From: Octopus sinensis
Lineage: Eukaryota
Direction of reading: 5' to 3'
DNA: 64,000 nucleotides
Assembly: GCF_006345805.1 (NCBI RefSeq)
Contig: NC_043000.1
Location: forward strand, 97,340,001-97,404,000
Position numbers and translations under genes: made by a program. Each line of letters opens with the position of its first letter. The stretch's first letter is position 1. Below are positions 40,011 to 52,336 of the stretch, piece by piece. The notes beneath the pieces were generated by a model, which saw nothing but the letters and a program-made list of their open reading frames with translations, was not told the DNA's origin and made no database searches.

Positions 40011-40566
40011 TGTAAGGAATATGTGAATATCTCCTCTTGCACTTTTGGGGTGCAAGTTGGTGCAATCACTTTCCGTTACTTTTATATCCAGACTCTACCA
40101 GTCAAAGAGACACAAAACGCAGACGTAAAAAATAGATATACTTTATTGTTTTATACCGGTGAGAAATCAGTGGTATATCTGATGTCCTTGGTTCTGGGCG
40201 CGCAAGGCTGAAAGTTAATCGATTGTAATATTTACAATGTTCAGCCGCTAAAAACAGAACGGGTCAAAAATGGCGTCCGGGGGAAGAAGATGATTTGACT
40301 GCAACAATTCAGGTTAAAAGTCTTCGGCCAAAAGACTGCTGCTATCAACCGGAGAGAGAGCGAATTAAACGTCTGCTTCTATGAAATGCCTGCCGCTGTC
40401 TGTCGGACGCTAATGGTCAACGCTTTACGCTCCCTTGCCTCTTTGTTAAGGCTCGCTCTCCCTTGCCTCTATAAGCTAAGGCCACGTCAGCAAATTTCCC
40501 TCTTTCGGACTTCGTGTATTCGCGAGAGGGCGTTGCGCGCGCGCGCTGTTGTATAGGATCACTACA
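40011..40566 (-). repeat. 3' LTR (556 bp)
   Basis: tgtaaggaat...gatcactaca; I found no difference from 44847-45402 by eye; AATAAA on the minus strand near 40145. Confidence 0.97.
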
Positions 40567-40567
40567 A

Positions 40568-40580
40568 AGCTCCCCTCCAG
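40568..40580 (-). promoter_or_regulatory. Polypurine tract
   Basis: Minus strand GGAGGGGAGC just before the 3' LTR. Confidence 0.85.
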
Positions 40581-40773
40581 TGCCTAAGCACGAACAACAA
40601 TTCCTTGTAGTGACCATAAAACTCAAGGTGGACACCAGATAACCAAAAATAGCACACAATATAATACATTAAACAGCAAAAAAAAATCACCTTAAAGGTA
40701 AAAAGAGAAAAATACTCAAAATGAGCAAAGTTCAATGAGTATTGAACTGTCACTGGGAAGTCAATTGAAAATG

Positions 40774-43700
40774 TCAAATATAAATAGTTTTGGAAAGTTT
40801 TTTCGGCCAGTGAACAGTTCTGCCTGACCTCATAACATAAGGTCTGTTCGAGGCAGGCTGCGACGACGAAGGTGGTGTTGTCGATGTTGGTATTGATAAT
40901 GGTGCATGTGTAAATAGTGGTGTTGTCAAAGGTGCATGTGAAGGTTCAACGATGGTTGTGGCAGTGGGGTCATTAACAGATGTGGACACCTCAAAATATG
41001 CCCTTTTAAGACGATCTACGGAGACGGTCTCCGAACGACCGTTAATTTCAAGTTTGAATACCTTCGGCGTGCGAGAAATCACACGAAAAGGTCCTTTATA
41101 AGGAGAAACAAGTGGTCCTTTGACAGAATCATCACGAATAAAAACATGCGTCCAAGAATTAAGGTCTGATGGCACACTAGAAGGAGGATTTTGGTGTCGA
41201 GGGTCCATAGGAGGAAGGGCAGAAAAATATCTGCGTAATCGAGCAACATAAGACTCTAAATTAAGAGACTGTGACTTGTCTGGCACCAACATCGTACCAG
41301 GCAATGCCAGTGTGGTACCATACAAGAGCTCGGCAGAGGAAAAACCAAGGTCTGCTTTAATCGCAGTCCGACATCCAAGCAGGACGATCGGTAGAAATTC
41401 AGTCCATGACTGTGGATTCGGCGAGGCACGCAAAGCGGCCTTAAGTTGCCTATGGAAACGCTCCACCATCCCATTAGAAGCGGGGTGGTAACTTGTGGTG
41501 CGTATATGTTGCATCCCCAGGATTCGTGATAACTCACGAAACAATGCAGACTCGAATTGTCGACCACGATCTGTGGTTAAACTGTACGGTACACCATACC
41601 TCGAAATCCAATTAGATACGAAAGCCCTCGCAACAGTTTCAGCTGACATGTCTGCTATAGGAATAGCTTCCGGCCAGCGTGAAAAACGATCAATACAAGT
41701 TAAAATGTATGAGAACCCGCGACTCACAGGCCATGGTCCAACCAAATCAAGGTGGATATGGCGAAAACGGGCTTCAGGAGAGGAAAATTGTCCAAGTGGA
41801 GCACGAACGTGTCTATGGACTTTAGCACTCTGGCACCTCAAACAAGAGCGTGCCCAAGAGGTAATTGATCGTCGCATATTGGGCCAGAAGAACCGAGCAG
41901 TAACAAGCTTTACTGTGGCAGAGATACCTGGATGTGACAGTGAATGAAGAGCATCAAACACAGAACGTTGATGTTTCTCAGGTACTAATGGTCTAGGTGA
42001 ACCGGTAGAAACGTCACAAAGAATAGAGCCTTCCGCTGTAGGGAGCGGAAGGTAGTCAAACTTACAGTTAATAAACTTAGGCGAAGTTAAATCCAACTCC
42101 TCTAAAGGTGGTTGTTCCTGCGAAATAGCAGTTAAATCAATTGCTGCAGGAGAGGAAATGGAATTGACAGGGAGTCTAGAGAGAGCATCTGCAGGGACGT
42201 TCTCACTGCCTGGCACATGCCTAATGTCACTTGTAAATTGAGAAATATAGTCCAGGTGACGGAAAGCACGAGGAGAGAGTTTATCCGTTTTAGAAGATAG
42301 TGCAAAAGTAAGGGGCTTGTGATCAGTATAAATCACAAACTCTCGTCCCTCGAGCTGGTGTTGAAAATGCCGAACTGACAGATAGATCGCTAGTAACTCT
42401 CGATCAAAGGTACTATATCTGCGTTCAGCTGGCTTTAGCTGACAAGAAAAGAAAGCTAAAGGTTTAACTTCACCCTCTACGGTGTGCTGCAAAACAGCGC
42501 CAATTGCAGACTCTGATGCGTCAACAGATAAAGTAAGTGGAGCATTAGGAGCCGGATGTGCCAAAATAGGGACTGAAGCTAGTTCCTTTTTAACCAACTC
42601 AAAGGCAGACAGTGCTTCAGCCGAAAGAGTAAGACGGGCGTCCTTCTTGGAATTGCCCTTTAGCATTTGTGTTAAAGGTAACAACTTGTCCGCACACCGA
42701 TCTATGAAACGTCTATAGAAATTTACTATGCCTAAAAAATGGCGAAGTTGACGCAAAGAAGAAGGTGGTGCGATGCGCTGAATAGCATCGACTTTGGATG
42801 AGAGTGGTTTGATTCCTCTCGAGTCAATATAATGACCGAGAAAATTAAGAGATGGTTGCCCAAAAACACACTTGTCTGGATTAATGCGAACACCATAGTC
42901 GCGAAGACGCTGAAAAAGCTGAGACAAGTGCAGGAGATGATTTTCATGCGTATCACTTGCGATTAGAATATCATCGACATACGCGAACACAAAATCAAGT
43001 CCGCGAACAACTTCATCTATAAACCGTTGGAAAGTACTAGTGGCATTCCTCAAACCAAAACTCATAAATAAAAATTCGAAACAGCCAAAAGGAGTAGTGA
43101 TTGCTGTTTTAGGAATATCGTCTGAGTTGACCGGTATTTGATGGTAGGCACGTATCAGGTCAACCTTAGAAAAAATAGTACAGCCATGTAAATTTGCCGA
43201 AAAATCGTTTAAAATCCTTATGGGATATTTGTCTGGAATCGTCACCGAATTTAGACGCCGATAATCTCCCACCGGGCGAAAATCTGTATCCCCTTTTCTT
43301 ACTAAATGAAGGGGAGATGCCCATGGACTGGTGGAGGGGCGTATCAGACCGAGCTGGAGCATATGCTCAAACTCAGCCCTAGCAGTTTTAAGTCGATCAG
43401 GTGCAAGACGCCTTGGACGTGAAAAAACAGGAGGTCCAGTTGTTGTTATAAAGTGTCGTGTCGAATGCAATGGCTTAGCCACCCTAAAGGTAACATCATA
43501 TAGCTCTGGAAAAGAAGCTAAAAGAGAGTGAAAAACATCTCCAGATGTACCGACAAAAAATGTCGGGCTAAGAGCTAAATTGGTAGATTCTCCGGTCGGC
43601 GTGGAGAGTGTAGTCGAACTATCGACCAACCTCCGACGTCTGACATCTACCAACAAATCAAATTTATCCAAAAAATCCGCACCTAAAATAGGATGCGGAA

Positions 43701-43986
43701 TGTCGGCAATGACAAAAACCCATTGAAAGTCTCGTCGAAGACCAATATCAAGGCGCAACGAGATCTGACCGAATGTGGCTATTGGTGACGAGTCAATAGC
43801 GTGCAAGATGACGTTAGATCGCTTTGGCCTGTCGGTTGTGCAACGCAGAGGCCAAATACTGCAACAAGAACCAGTGTCCACCATGAAGTTTTTCTTCGAC
43901 ACTAGATCTTTAACAAAGAATGCACGATAACCAGAAAATGTTGTGGAGGAAGTTGACGTGCTCAAATTCTCCGAATCTAGTTTAAA
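40774..43986 (-). CDS. pol: Gypsy Pol polyprotein (protease, RT, RNase H, integrase), intact, in the -1 frame to gag
   Basis: 1063-codon stop-free ORF: VDTGS (PR), [11 protein letters not shown] (RT), [26 protein letters not shown] (RH), HSLSHPG..CLRCQ plus HLDLVG/TTDRG/GMVERFH (IN), [15 protein letters not shown]. Confidence 0.96.
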   Translation of the reverse strand, partial: FKLDSENLSTSTSSTTFSGYRAFFVKDLVSKKNFMVDTGSCCSIWPLRCTTDRPKRSNVILHAIDSSPIATFGQISLRLDIGLRRDFQWVFVIADIPHPILGADFLDKFDLLVDVRRRRLVDSSTTLSTPTGESTNLALSPTFFVGTSGDVFHSLLASFPELYDVTFRVAKPLHSTRHFITTTGPPVFSRPRRLAPDRLKTARAEFEHMLQLGLIRPSTSPWASPLHLVRKGDTDFRPVGDYRRLNSVTIPDKYPIRILNDFSANLHGCTIFSKVDLIRAYHQIPVNSDDIPKTAITTPFGCFEFLFMSFGLRNATSTFQRFIDEVVRGLDFVFAYVDDILIASDTHENHLLHLSQLFQRLRDYGVRINPDKCVFGQPSLNFLGHYIDSRGIKPLSSKVDAIQRIAPPSSLRQLRHFLGIVNFYRRFIDRCADKLLPLTQMLKGNSKKDARLTLSAEALSAFELVKKELASVPILAHPAPNAPLTLSVDASESAIGAVLQHTVEGEVKPLAFFSCQLKPAERRYSTFDRELLAIYLSVRHFQHQLEGREFVIYTDHKPLTFALSSKTDKLSPRAFRHLDYISQFTSDIRHVPGSENVPADALSRLPVNSISSPAAIDLTAISQEQPPLEELDLTSPKFINCKFDYLPLPTAEGSILCDVSTGSPRPLVPEKHQRSVFDALHSLSHPGISATVKLVTARFFWPNMRRSITSWARSCLRCQSAKVHRHVRAPLGQFSSPEARFRHIHLDLVGPWPVSRGFSYILTCIDRFSRWPEAIPIADMSAETVARAFVSNWISRYGVPYSLTTDRGRQFESALFRELSRILGMQHIRTTSYHPASNGMVERFHRQLKAALRASPNPQSWTEFLPIVLLGCRTAIKADLGFSSAELLYGTTLALPGTMLVPDKSQSLNLESYVARLRRYFSALPPMDPRHQNPPSSVPSDLNSWTHVFIRDDSVKGPLVSPYKGPFRVISRTPKVFKLEINGRSETVSVDRLKRAYFEVSTSVNDPTATTIVEPSHAPLTTPLFTHAPLSIPTSTTPPSSSQPASNRPYVMRSGRTVHWPKKLSKTIYI

Positions 43987-44401
43987 GACTTATAAGTGCA
44001 TGGCTGTGTGCACCTATGTGCATTCTCTCCATACTTGGAGTGGTACCAACACAGTCCAGACTTAGACTGTGTTGATCTCGAGGATGAACGACTGCGACTC
44101 CGCGATTTTGAAGATCGCTTACCATCGCGACACATCGCGTCCATCCTTTTAGTGAGGGTTTCTATTAGTTTAGAAAGCCCCTCAATTGAGGCCGAATAAG
44201 TTTGTGAACAGGCACAAGCAGACTGTGACGATGGTTGAACGGCAAATTCAACCATCTTATCAGCCATCGTTGCTATTTGGTCCACTGTATTTGTCTCTAC
44301 TGCTGCTCGGTAGTAATACTTTGTGCACGAAATTGTGCCTCTAACTGTGAAAACCACAGTGTGGCATCACCTGTAAAAGTAGGTAACGAACCCATAAACA
44401 T
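43977..44401 (-). pseudogene. gag: Gypsy gag, internally deleted and frameshifted
   Basis: The N-terminus MFMGSLPTFTGDATLWFSQLEAQFRAQSITTEQQ* (44401-44297) is joined out of frame to the C-terminus ..VDQIATMADKMVE..SRSRSRS..CWYHSKYGENAHRCTQPC; the central capsid region is absent. Confidence 0.85.
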
Positions 44402-44831
44402 TTTGTAGCCTTTTATTCACTAGATGACTCTGTCAAATGGAAAAAAGAAAACTGACAACGAACCAACGCTGAACAGACGCAACAAGGAAAAACAAAGGGA
44501 AAAAAAAGAAAGGAAGAAAGAAAGACCAACAATTGAACCAATAAATTTTGAATGTGCAATTTACAAAAAAAAATGTTGTTTTTTTGTTTTGTTTTTTTGT
44601 TTGTACTGTGTGCACAGAGAATAGAAAAAAATTCTTTTCTTTTTTTTTGTTTTTTACCAACCTTCGTCGCGTTTTAATCGAGAAAAAAATTTCTTCTCTT
44701 TTTTTTTTCTTCCGTGCGTGAGTGCAGATGAAGAAACAAACTGTTGAAAGGGACTGGAAAACAGGTTGGTCGTGTTTCAGACTTGGCAGAAAAACTGGAT
44801 TTTTTTTCTTTTTGTTGAGTGTTCTCTGGAA

Positions 44832-44845
44832 CTTCGGGGTCACCA
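44832..44845 (-). promoter_or_regulatory. Primer-binding site complementary to the tRNA-Trp 3' end
   Basis: TGGTGACCCCGAAG follows the 5' LTR after one base; metazoan tRNA-Trp ends ...UCGGGGUCACCA. Confidence 0.85.
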
Positions 44846-44846
44846 C

Positions 44847-45402
44847 TGTAAGGAATATGTGAATATCTCCTCTTGCACTTTTGGGGTGCAAGTTGGTGCA
44901 ATCACTTTCCGTTACTTTTATATCCAGACTCTACCAGTCAAAGAGACACAAAACGCAGACGTAAAAAATAGATATACTTTATTGTTTTATACCGGTGAGA
45001 AATCAGTGGTATATCTGATGTCCTTGGTTCTGGGCGCGCAAGGCTGAAAGTTAATCGATTGTAATATTTACAATGTTCAGCCGCTAAAAACAGAACGGGT
45101 CAAAAATGGCGTCCGGGGGAAGAAGATGATTTGACTGCAACAATTCAGGTTAAAAGTCTTCGGCCAAAAGACTGCTGCTATCAACCGGAGAGAGAGCGAA
45201 TTAAACGTCTGCTTCTATGAAATGCCTGCCGCTGTCTGTCGGACGCTAATGGTCAACGCTTTACGCTCCCTTGCCTCTTTGTTAAGGCTCGCTCTCCCTT
45301 GCCTCTATAAGCTAAGGCCACGTCAGCAAATTTCCCTCTTTCGGACTTCGTGTATTCGCGAGAGGGCGTTGCGCGCGCGCGCTGTTGTATAGGATCACTA
45401 CA
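44847..45402 (-). repeat. 5' LTR (556 bp)
   Basis: Same sequence as 40011-40566. Confidence 0.97.
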
Positions 45403-46917
45403 CTCCGTTCAGGAAATTATCTTTTCTCTAATTTAAAAAAGTTGTTGTCTGGACCCAGGTTAATCACGGCAGAAAACTATAATCAAAAATATTCCCACCG
45501 TGATCGTGCCATATTTTTTTTTTATTTATGTGTACATTGTATAATGTGTCCATATTTATTAACAATTATGGTTTTATTTGGGCGAGATTTTCCTGTTATT
45601 TGTTGCAGGTCGAGCAACTATATAGAAGCTCCTTAATTGGTTTGATTTAAAACATATTTAGGATAGTTCAAATTACTTTTCTACTTTGTCGCTTGGTCTG
45701 CTAGAAACAGAAGGTAAATCTCAGCCAAGTTGAACTCTTGCGATGAGAAATGGATGGGACCCAAAGAAAACTGCTTTGACGGGAGATTCACGTGCCATAC
45801 ACATTTGAAAGTTTTACTTACATCGAGAGTAATAACACTGTTTTCAAATTTCCTGTAAGCCAGAACTCACGATGAGTAACACAGGATAGCAGAGACTCGA
45901 TGGGTCTAGTTTTACGAAAGCTGTACGGGTGGCTATTACGGAGAAAAGGAGATTCGATAGGTTGGGGAAGGTTGATGTTAATGACTGTACTCATACTCTT
46001 CAACATATTCGGTGTATAAGACGCTGGTTGGAATAGGTGGGTAATTTTTCTCCTATCATTATAAGATTGTGTCTATTGCCTTCAACTGCTACTCAGCAGG
46101 GTTTGGTGTAAATTCGTCGTGAGTAATAGCATCACAGAGAATACATCGCCCGTAATTTCATCGAAACCAATATTACCTTGCCAAAAGTAAATGTATCGTT
46201 AAACATTATTTAAAGATTTTTTTGTATTTTTTTTCCGCAGAGTAAACACTTTATAATTCATTAAAAGGGAAAAAGAAATTCAAAGACAAAAAAATGCCAT
46301 ACTTCAAGCAAGAATTTTTTTAAAGAAATTTTGAAAAGGCATCAATCAATAAATGAATAATCAAACAGTGTATCGCTGGCGCAGAAATTTCCTATTACAA
46401 AAGGAAATTTTAAATTAGTGCAACGAGAATTCAAAGCACCGTCAACGAATATCAAACTCGTGAACTACAAGATTATCTTAAAGAAGCATCGCTCATAAAT
46501 TGTCTTTTTAGAATGTGTATACATGATTAGAATCGACTTGAAATTTTTAAAACTTCATAAAAAGTTAAGAAAAATTAAATGTGTGAACTCTATGCATCTT
46601 TTTCCTTATCATTTCTTAATTTCAAATTCAAATTTCTAATCCCGCCGTATATTATGAAGAAATGATTATCTCTTTGTAATAACTCCGACCACGATGGGAA
46701 CCAACCGGGTTCATCATTCTTCCAGTTTAGAATAGTGCTGACTTTCTAATGCCTCTGTGCGCGCGTGTGTATGTGTGTACGATTTTTTTTTCTAAACTAA
46801 ATTTTTTACACTGAATGATTTGATCATTTTTACTTTGATTTTTTTTTCTTTTTTGTTAATGAAAGTCGACGTATTAATTGCATGAGACAAGTAATGTCAT
46901 TATTTCTTTAATACAAA

Positions 46918-47350
46918 GGCGGCGAGCTGGCAGAATCGTTAGCACGCCGGGCGAAATGTGTAGCCGTATTTCGTCTGCCGTTACATTCTGAGTTCAAATT
47001 CCACCGAGGTCGACTTTGCCTTTCATCCTTTCGGAGTCGATAGATTAAGAACCAGTTGTGTACTGGGGTCGATCGAATCGACTGGCTCCCTCCCCAAAAA
47101 TGTTGGGCCTTTTGCCTAGAGTAAAAAAGAATACTAAAGCGGTGAGCTGGCAGAATTGTTTGCACGCCGGGCGAAATGCTGAGCGATATTTCGTCTGCCG
47201 GTATGTCCTGAGCTCAACTTCCGCCGAGGTCGACTTTGCCTTTCATCCTTTCGGGTCGATTAAATAACTACCAGTTACGCACAGGGGTCGATGTAATCGA
47301 CTTACCCTCTCCCCGCAAATTTCAAGCCTTGTACCTATACCAGAAAAGAT
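46918..47350 (+). mobile_element. Head-to-tail dimer of family-B SINEs (46918-47135, 47139-47350)
   Basis: Two colinear copies of ggcgagctggcagaatcgttagcacgccgggcgaaatg...gtcgactttgcctttcatcctttcg. Confidence 0.9.
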
Positions 47351-47913
47351 TATTTCCTTAATACTGAATTAAGACTACACCTTCATAATTTCTATAGTAA
47401 ACACTGTTGATAATACAATTTACTTAGTTTATGCGGAATACGCGTGGCCTGTTGGTAAAGGATGTTCGGCTCGTGATCAAAGAGTCTACTGACAAATGCA
47501 CCGAAACAATTAGCAAAAAAAAGTGTAGAGTATGTTACCAAACCACGCTCGTTCGCGAGTGACGACCGATCATTCTTCAAGTATATGTTCTTTTTTTAAT
47601 ACCTAAGTACATTTTCCTGATGTTGCGGTTAATAGGAAAATCAGTCGTATGCATCTTATCTGTTAGCTTAAAAGCTTAAAAATTTAGCCCATCTAAATGA
47701 CTCCCTAATATGCTATAAAAATGAACTGAAAAAAAATAACAATTATTTTCCATTGTTAATGAAGTGAAGCGTATATATTAACTCTGAATAAAAACTTTAA
47801 GTAACGTTTAAATATGCAGTTACTCTATAGATAACAAGCATGGCGTTGATGCATTGGGCTTTGATAGAATTAACTTGCAATATAATTAATTTACAATGAA
47901 ATTATAAACATAC

Positions 47914-48076
47914 AGGCGCAGGCGTGGCTGTGTGGTAAGATGCTTGCTTCCCAACCACAGGGTTCCGGGTTCAGTCCCACTGCGTGGTACCTTGGGCAAG
48001 TGTCTTCTACTATTGCCTTGGGCCGACCAAAGCCTTGTGAGTGGATTTGGTAGACGGAAACTGAAAGAATCCCGTC

Positions 48077-48130
<54 letters not shown>

Positions 48131-48341
48131 TTGTGTGTCTGTGTTTGTCCCTCTACCATCGTTTGACAACCGATGCTGGTGCGTTTACGTCCCGGCAACT
48201 TAGCGGTTCGACAAAAGAGACTGATAGAATAAGTACTACACTTACAAAAAAATAAGTCCTAGGGTCGATTCGTTCGACTAAAGGTGGTGCTCCAGCATGG
48301 CCACAGTGAAATGACAGAAACAAGTAAAAGAATAAAAGAAT
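47914..48341 (+). mobile_element. Family-A SINE, full length
   Basis: aggcgcaggcgtggctgtgtggtaag...ggttccgggttcagtccc (B box)...(TG)n...gaaacaagtaaaagaataaaag. Confidence 0.92.
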
Positions 48342-49363
48342 ATAGTTACCGCGAGCTGAAGGCACGCAGCCTTGCGGTTAGGGTGTTACACTAATGAGCA
48401 TAAGGTTGTGGGCTCGATTTATAAACTGGGCAACGTGTTATGTTCTTGAACAAGACACTTCATTTCATGTGGATCCAGTTTCCTTGGCATGTAAATAAGT
48501 ACCAACCAGAAGTTTATGTACCTTGCTCTCTCTCTCTCCCCCCTCTCTCTCTCTCCAGCTGAAACATCCTAAATTTACTGTGATATATAGAGTGAGAGGA
48601 GCCCGAAACGGTAACTATGTCTCTTTGCGACTCTATAGGGACATAAAATAATAAGCGAAAGCATGGTAAATGTTACCAACAATAGTCGATTGCGAATTAT
48701 TGCGAATTATTGTTGTATTTGCCGCAATGAATTTATGGGTGAACCTCTTAAGAGGCTTGAGACAGTGAGTTATTGTTACCTGTAGGTTGTGATAGATATA
48801 CCAAAGAATATAGTATCAATCGCCCGTCAAACTCTTATATATAGCTCGATAAGGGTGTGGGCCGACAACCCAGAAGGGACAGAGACTGTTATAGACTGAT
48901 AGAAGTTTGATTTGGGAGTACGAAAAAATGAAGGTATTAGGGTTATTTGTGTTCAGGGATGTGTCTAGAGAATGGGATTTGTTGATAAAACTACAGAACT
49001 GAACATTGCGAAAGAGTCAGTTTCTGCACTGATGACATCAATATGAAATGAGTTTGAGAGCCAAGAAGAGTTAATGGTTGAAGCATGTTGGTGAATAAAT
49101 GTTTGCCAATCACATTAATTTGCCCGCGCTCTGGGATATGTGCCAGTGTGTATGTCCGTGTGTGTGTGTGTGTGTGTGTTAAAGCAAGAGCGTTTAAAAT
49201 ATGTAAACAGTATTAAAATGAGTCCAGCTTTCTATGTAGGTTTTACTTGAGTGAAACTGCTCAATGGTTTATAATAAAGACAGAATGACGTATAAACAGG
49301 AAAAAATAGTAAAGGTGATTAAATATAATATAATATAATATAATATAATATAATAATATATAC

Positions 49364-49394
<31 letters not shown>

Positions 49395-50107
49395 TGTATG
49401 TATGTATGTATGTATGTATGTATGACAGATTTAATTGGTTATGCTTTAGATAAAAATAATATATAATCCTAAAAAGCAATTAGATACTAAATTACACCAA
49501 AATACTTTTAACCTTTTTTCTGTTATTTTTGGAATTGAGATATTAAAACTTTCGGTTCAATTTAGTACTTAATGGATGAATATAGTTATTGATTATAATG
49601 ATTATAAAATAGGTTAAGGGCAATTGTATGGCCGGCACCCCGCTGCTCTGATACAAGTAGTAATAAAATTAATAAAACTTCTTTAACTATTAACTATTCT
49701 AATCTCTACTACAGCTTCAATAACAAGCACCTTTACCACCACCGCCATCGCCGCCGCTGCCTGTAGCATTTCCTACTCTGCGGATAATGTTTCACTGACT
49801 TGGAAAACAGGCGAATAATGAAACACACACACACTCACACATATACACTCACACACATATATACACCCACGTACACATACATATACGCACACATTTACAT
49901 ACACGCATACACATACGTGCACTCACACGCTATATGTGTATATACATATATGCACACGTGTTTGTATAGGTGCATGAGAGTGTGTGTGTGTGTAATGTTG
50001 GTTCTGTAAACAATAGTGAATTGATTACAAAGGCGGGGAAAGAGAGGTATGAGATATTCGAAGTATGGAAGAAAGATCCGTTGTAATAGAGAGACAGGCT
50101 GAAGGAA

Positions 50108-50868
50108 AGTGAGCGACTGAGTGAGTGAGTGAGTGAGTGAGTGAGTGAACGACTGAGTGAGTGAGCGATTGAGTGAGTGAGCGAATGAGTGAGTGAGCGA
50201 ATGAGTGAGTGAGTGAGTGTGTGAGCGAATGAGTGAGTGAGTGAGTGAATGAGCGATTGAGTGAGTGAGCGAATGAGTGAGTGAATGAGTGAGTGAGAGT
50301 GTGAGTGAGTGAATGAGCGACTGAGTGAAAGATTGAGTGAGTGAGCGAATGAGTGAGTGAGTGAGTGAGTGAGTAAGTGAGTGAGCGATTGAGTGAGTGA
50401 GCGAATGAGTGAGTGAGTGAGTGAGTGTGTGAGTGAGTGAGTGACTGAGTGAGTGATAGAACGAACGAGTGAGTGATTGAGCGACTGAGTGAGCGACTGA
50501 GTGAGTGAGTGAGTGAGTGAATGAGCGACTGAGTGAGTGAGCGATTGAATGAGTGAGTGAGTGTGTGAGCGAATGAGTGAGTGAGTGAGTGAGTGAGTGA
50601 ATGAGCGATTGAGTGAGTGAGTGAATGAGTGAGTGAGTGTGTGAGTGAGTGAATGAGCGACTGAGGGAGTGAGCGATTGAGTGAGTGAGCGAATGAGTGA
50701 GTGAGTGAGTGAGCGATTGAATGAGTGAGCGAATGAGTGAGTGAGTGAGTGAGTGTGTGAGTGAATGAGTGAGTGAGTGAGTGATAGAACGAACGAGTGA
50801 GTGAATGAGCGACTGAGTGAGCGAATGAGTGAGTGAGTGAGTGAGTAGGTGGGTCGGTGAGTGAGTGA
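50108..50868. repeat. (TGAG)n-based complex tetranucleotide satellite with higher-order structure
   Basis: Phase-preserving variant units (GCGA+ATGA/TTGA/CTGA); the rare block gatagaacgaacg recurs at 50455 and 50783. Confidence 0.95.
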
Positions 50869-51604
50869 GAGAAAAAGAGAGAGAACTGGGGAAGATGGAG
50901 AGAGAGAGTAAGAGAAAAGCTGAAAAAATGTATGCGTGGTTATTGCTGGTGTTGTTGTTGTTGTTGTTGTTGCTGTGGTGGTGGTGGTGGTGGTTTTGAC
51001 GGCGGCAGTGATGATGGTTGTAGTGGTAGTGGTAACTGTCGTTGCTGTTGCTGTTACTGTTGTTGTTGTTGTTGTTACATTCACTATTGTTAAGCAATGT
51101 TTCAATTCAAAGATAAGAAGAGCGGATATTTCAATCAGGCTTTAAAAAGAGTTCCTTTTAAGAACATGCTGCCCATTGCTTTTTCCTCCGCTTAAAGGTT
51201 GCTATGTTATACATCGCAGCCGTTCGTTGTTTTGTTACGCCACGGCCCCTAATATACAAAATTTAAAACTAAAACAAACGAAATACTCAGACCTGTCACC
51301 AAAGAATTGTTTATTGAGACAACTATAGGGACGTTGCTGTTGTGGCTGTTACCCACTACTGTTCTTGTTGCAGCTGTTGCAGTCGCTACTGCTATTGTGG
51401 TTGTTGTTGCTGTTGTTGTTGTTGTTGTTGCTATGTTGTTGTCGTTGTGGTTGTTGTTGTTCTTTTCTTTTAGATCAGCCCCCAAATTGAGCAGACCTGT
51501 TATCATATGATAACAGGTATAATGATCCCGTCTTTTTATTATCTGCAGTGAATCCTTGATCCCATGATCCAACCTTTAGCTTCAATTTTGTTCCTTATTT
51601 TGCG

Positions 51605-51785
51605 AAGCAGTGGGGGTGCGATTCGCCCCAACTTTCTCTCACTCTTTCTTCCTGCTTCTTGAGTAACGCTACGATGGACTGGCATCCCGTCCAGCTGGGT
51701 GGGGGGAACACATACGCCACAGAAACCGGGAAACCGGGTCCATGAGCCTGGCTAGGCTTGAAAAAAAGCGCATAAAAAATAAAAT
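51605..51785 (+). mobile_element. SINE 3' fragment
   Basis: gatggactggcatcccgtccag...gaaaccgggaaaccggg..catgagcctggctaggc plus an A-rich tail, typical of a SINE body and tail; family not assignable here. Confidence 0.45.
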
Positions 51786-52262
51786 TGGTATATATAGCAA
51801 GAGACAGCTACGTTTCTTCCTGTAACATTTTACATAGTTCATCTTACACAAGTTAATGTGTGAAAGACAAAATAGGAATTTTGAAGGAAGTTTCTGCAAA
51901 ACTAGATTTTAAACATAGAATGGCTACGGGAGACCAACAAAATAAAATAATAATCAAAGGGATTCATAGATAAAAAAAAAATGGTTGAGAACTCCTGACG
52001 TAGAAGCTCGTTCGTTGAATTGTTACAGCAAGGTTGTAGAAGTAAAAAGTGATGTCCTATAACTAACAGGATCGACATACCAGTTGTACGAAGGTTTGCG
52101 AGATCAAAAGTCAAAGAAAAAAAAATGTAAAAAATGGTCAAACGACTAAAAGTGAAAAAATTCCAGTCGAAAAAGAAAAAAATTAATCAAATTGGTCAAT
52201 TTGTTGAGTATTCTCTTTTCATCTCTCTCTCTCTCTCTCTCGCTCTCCCTCTCTCTCACTCT

Positions 52263-52336
<74 letters not shown>

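Larger units (their letters stand above)
40011..45402 (-). mobile_element. Ty3/Gypsy LTR retrotransposon, CsRn1/Kabuki-like clade
   Basis: Two 556-bp TG...CA LTRs, 4-bp TSD CTCC (40007-40010, 45403-45406), PBS, PPT, gag with CX2HX9CX3C and pol in PR-RT-RH-IN order. Confidence 0.97.

Noticed and set aside
48586-48619. Hammerhead-like relic GTGA-GAG..CCC-GAAAC-G-GTA, plus a similar one near 49029
   Set aside because: Core degenerate and stem I only partly paired; at best old PLE debris.
49895-51105. 400-aa and 391-aa SLTH-repeat ORFs
   Set aside because: (CTCA)n lacks stop codons by construction; the flanks are other simple repeats.
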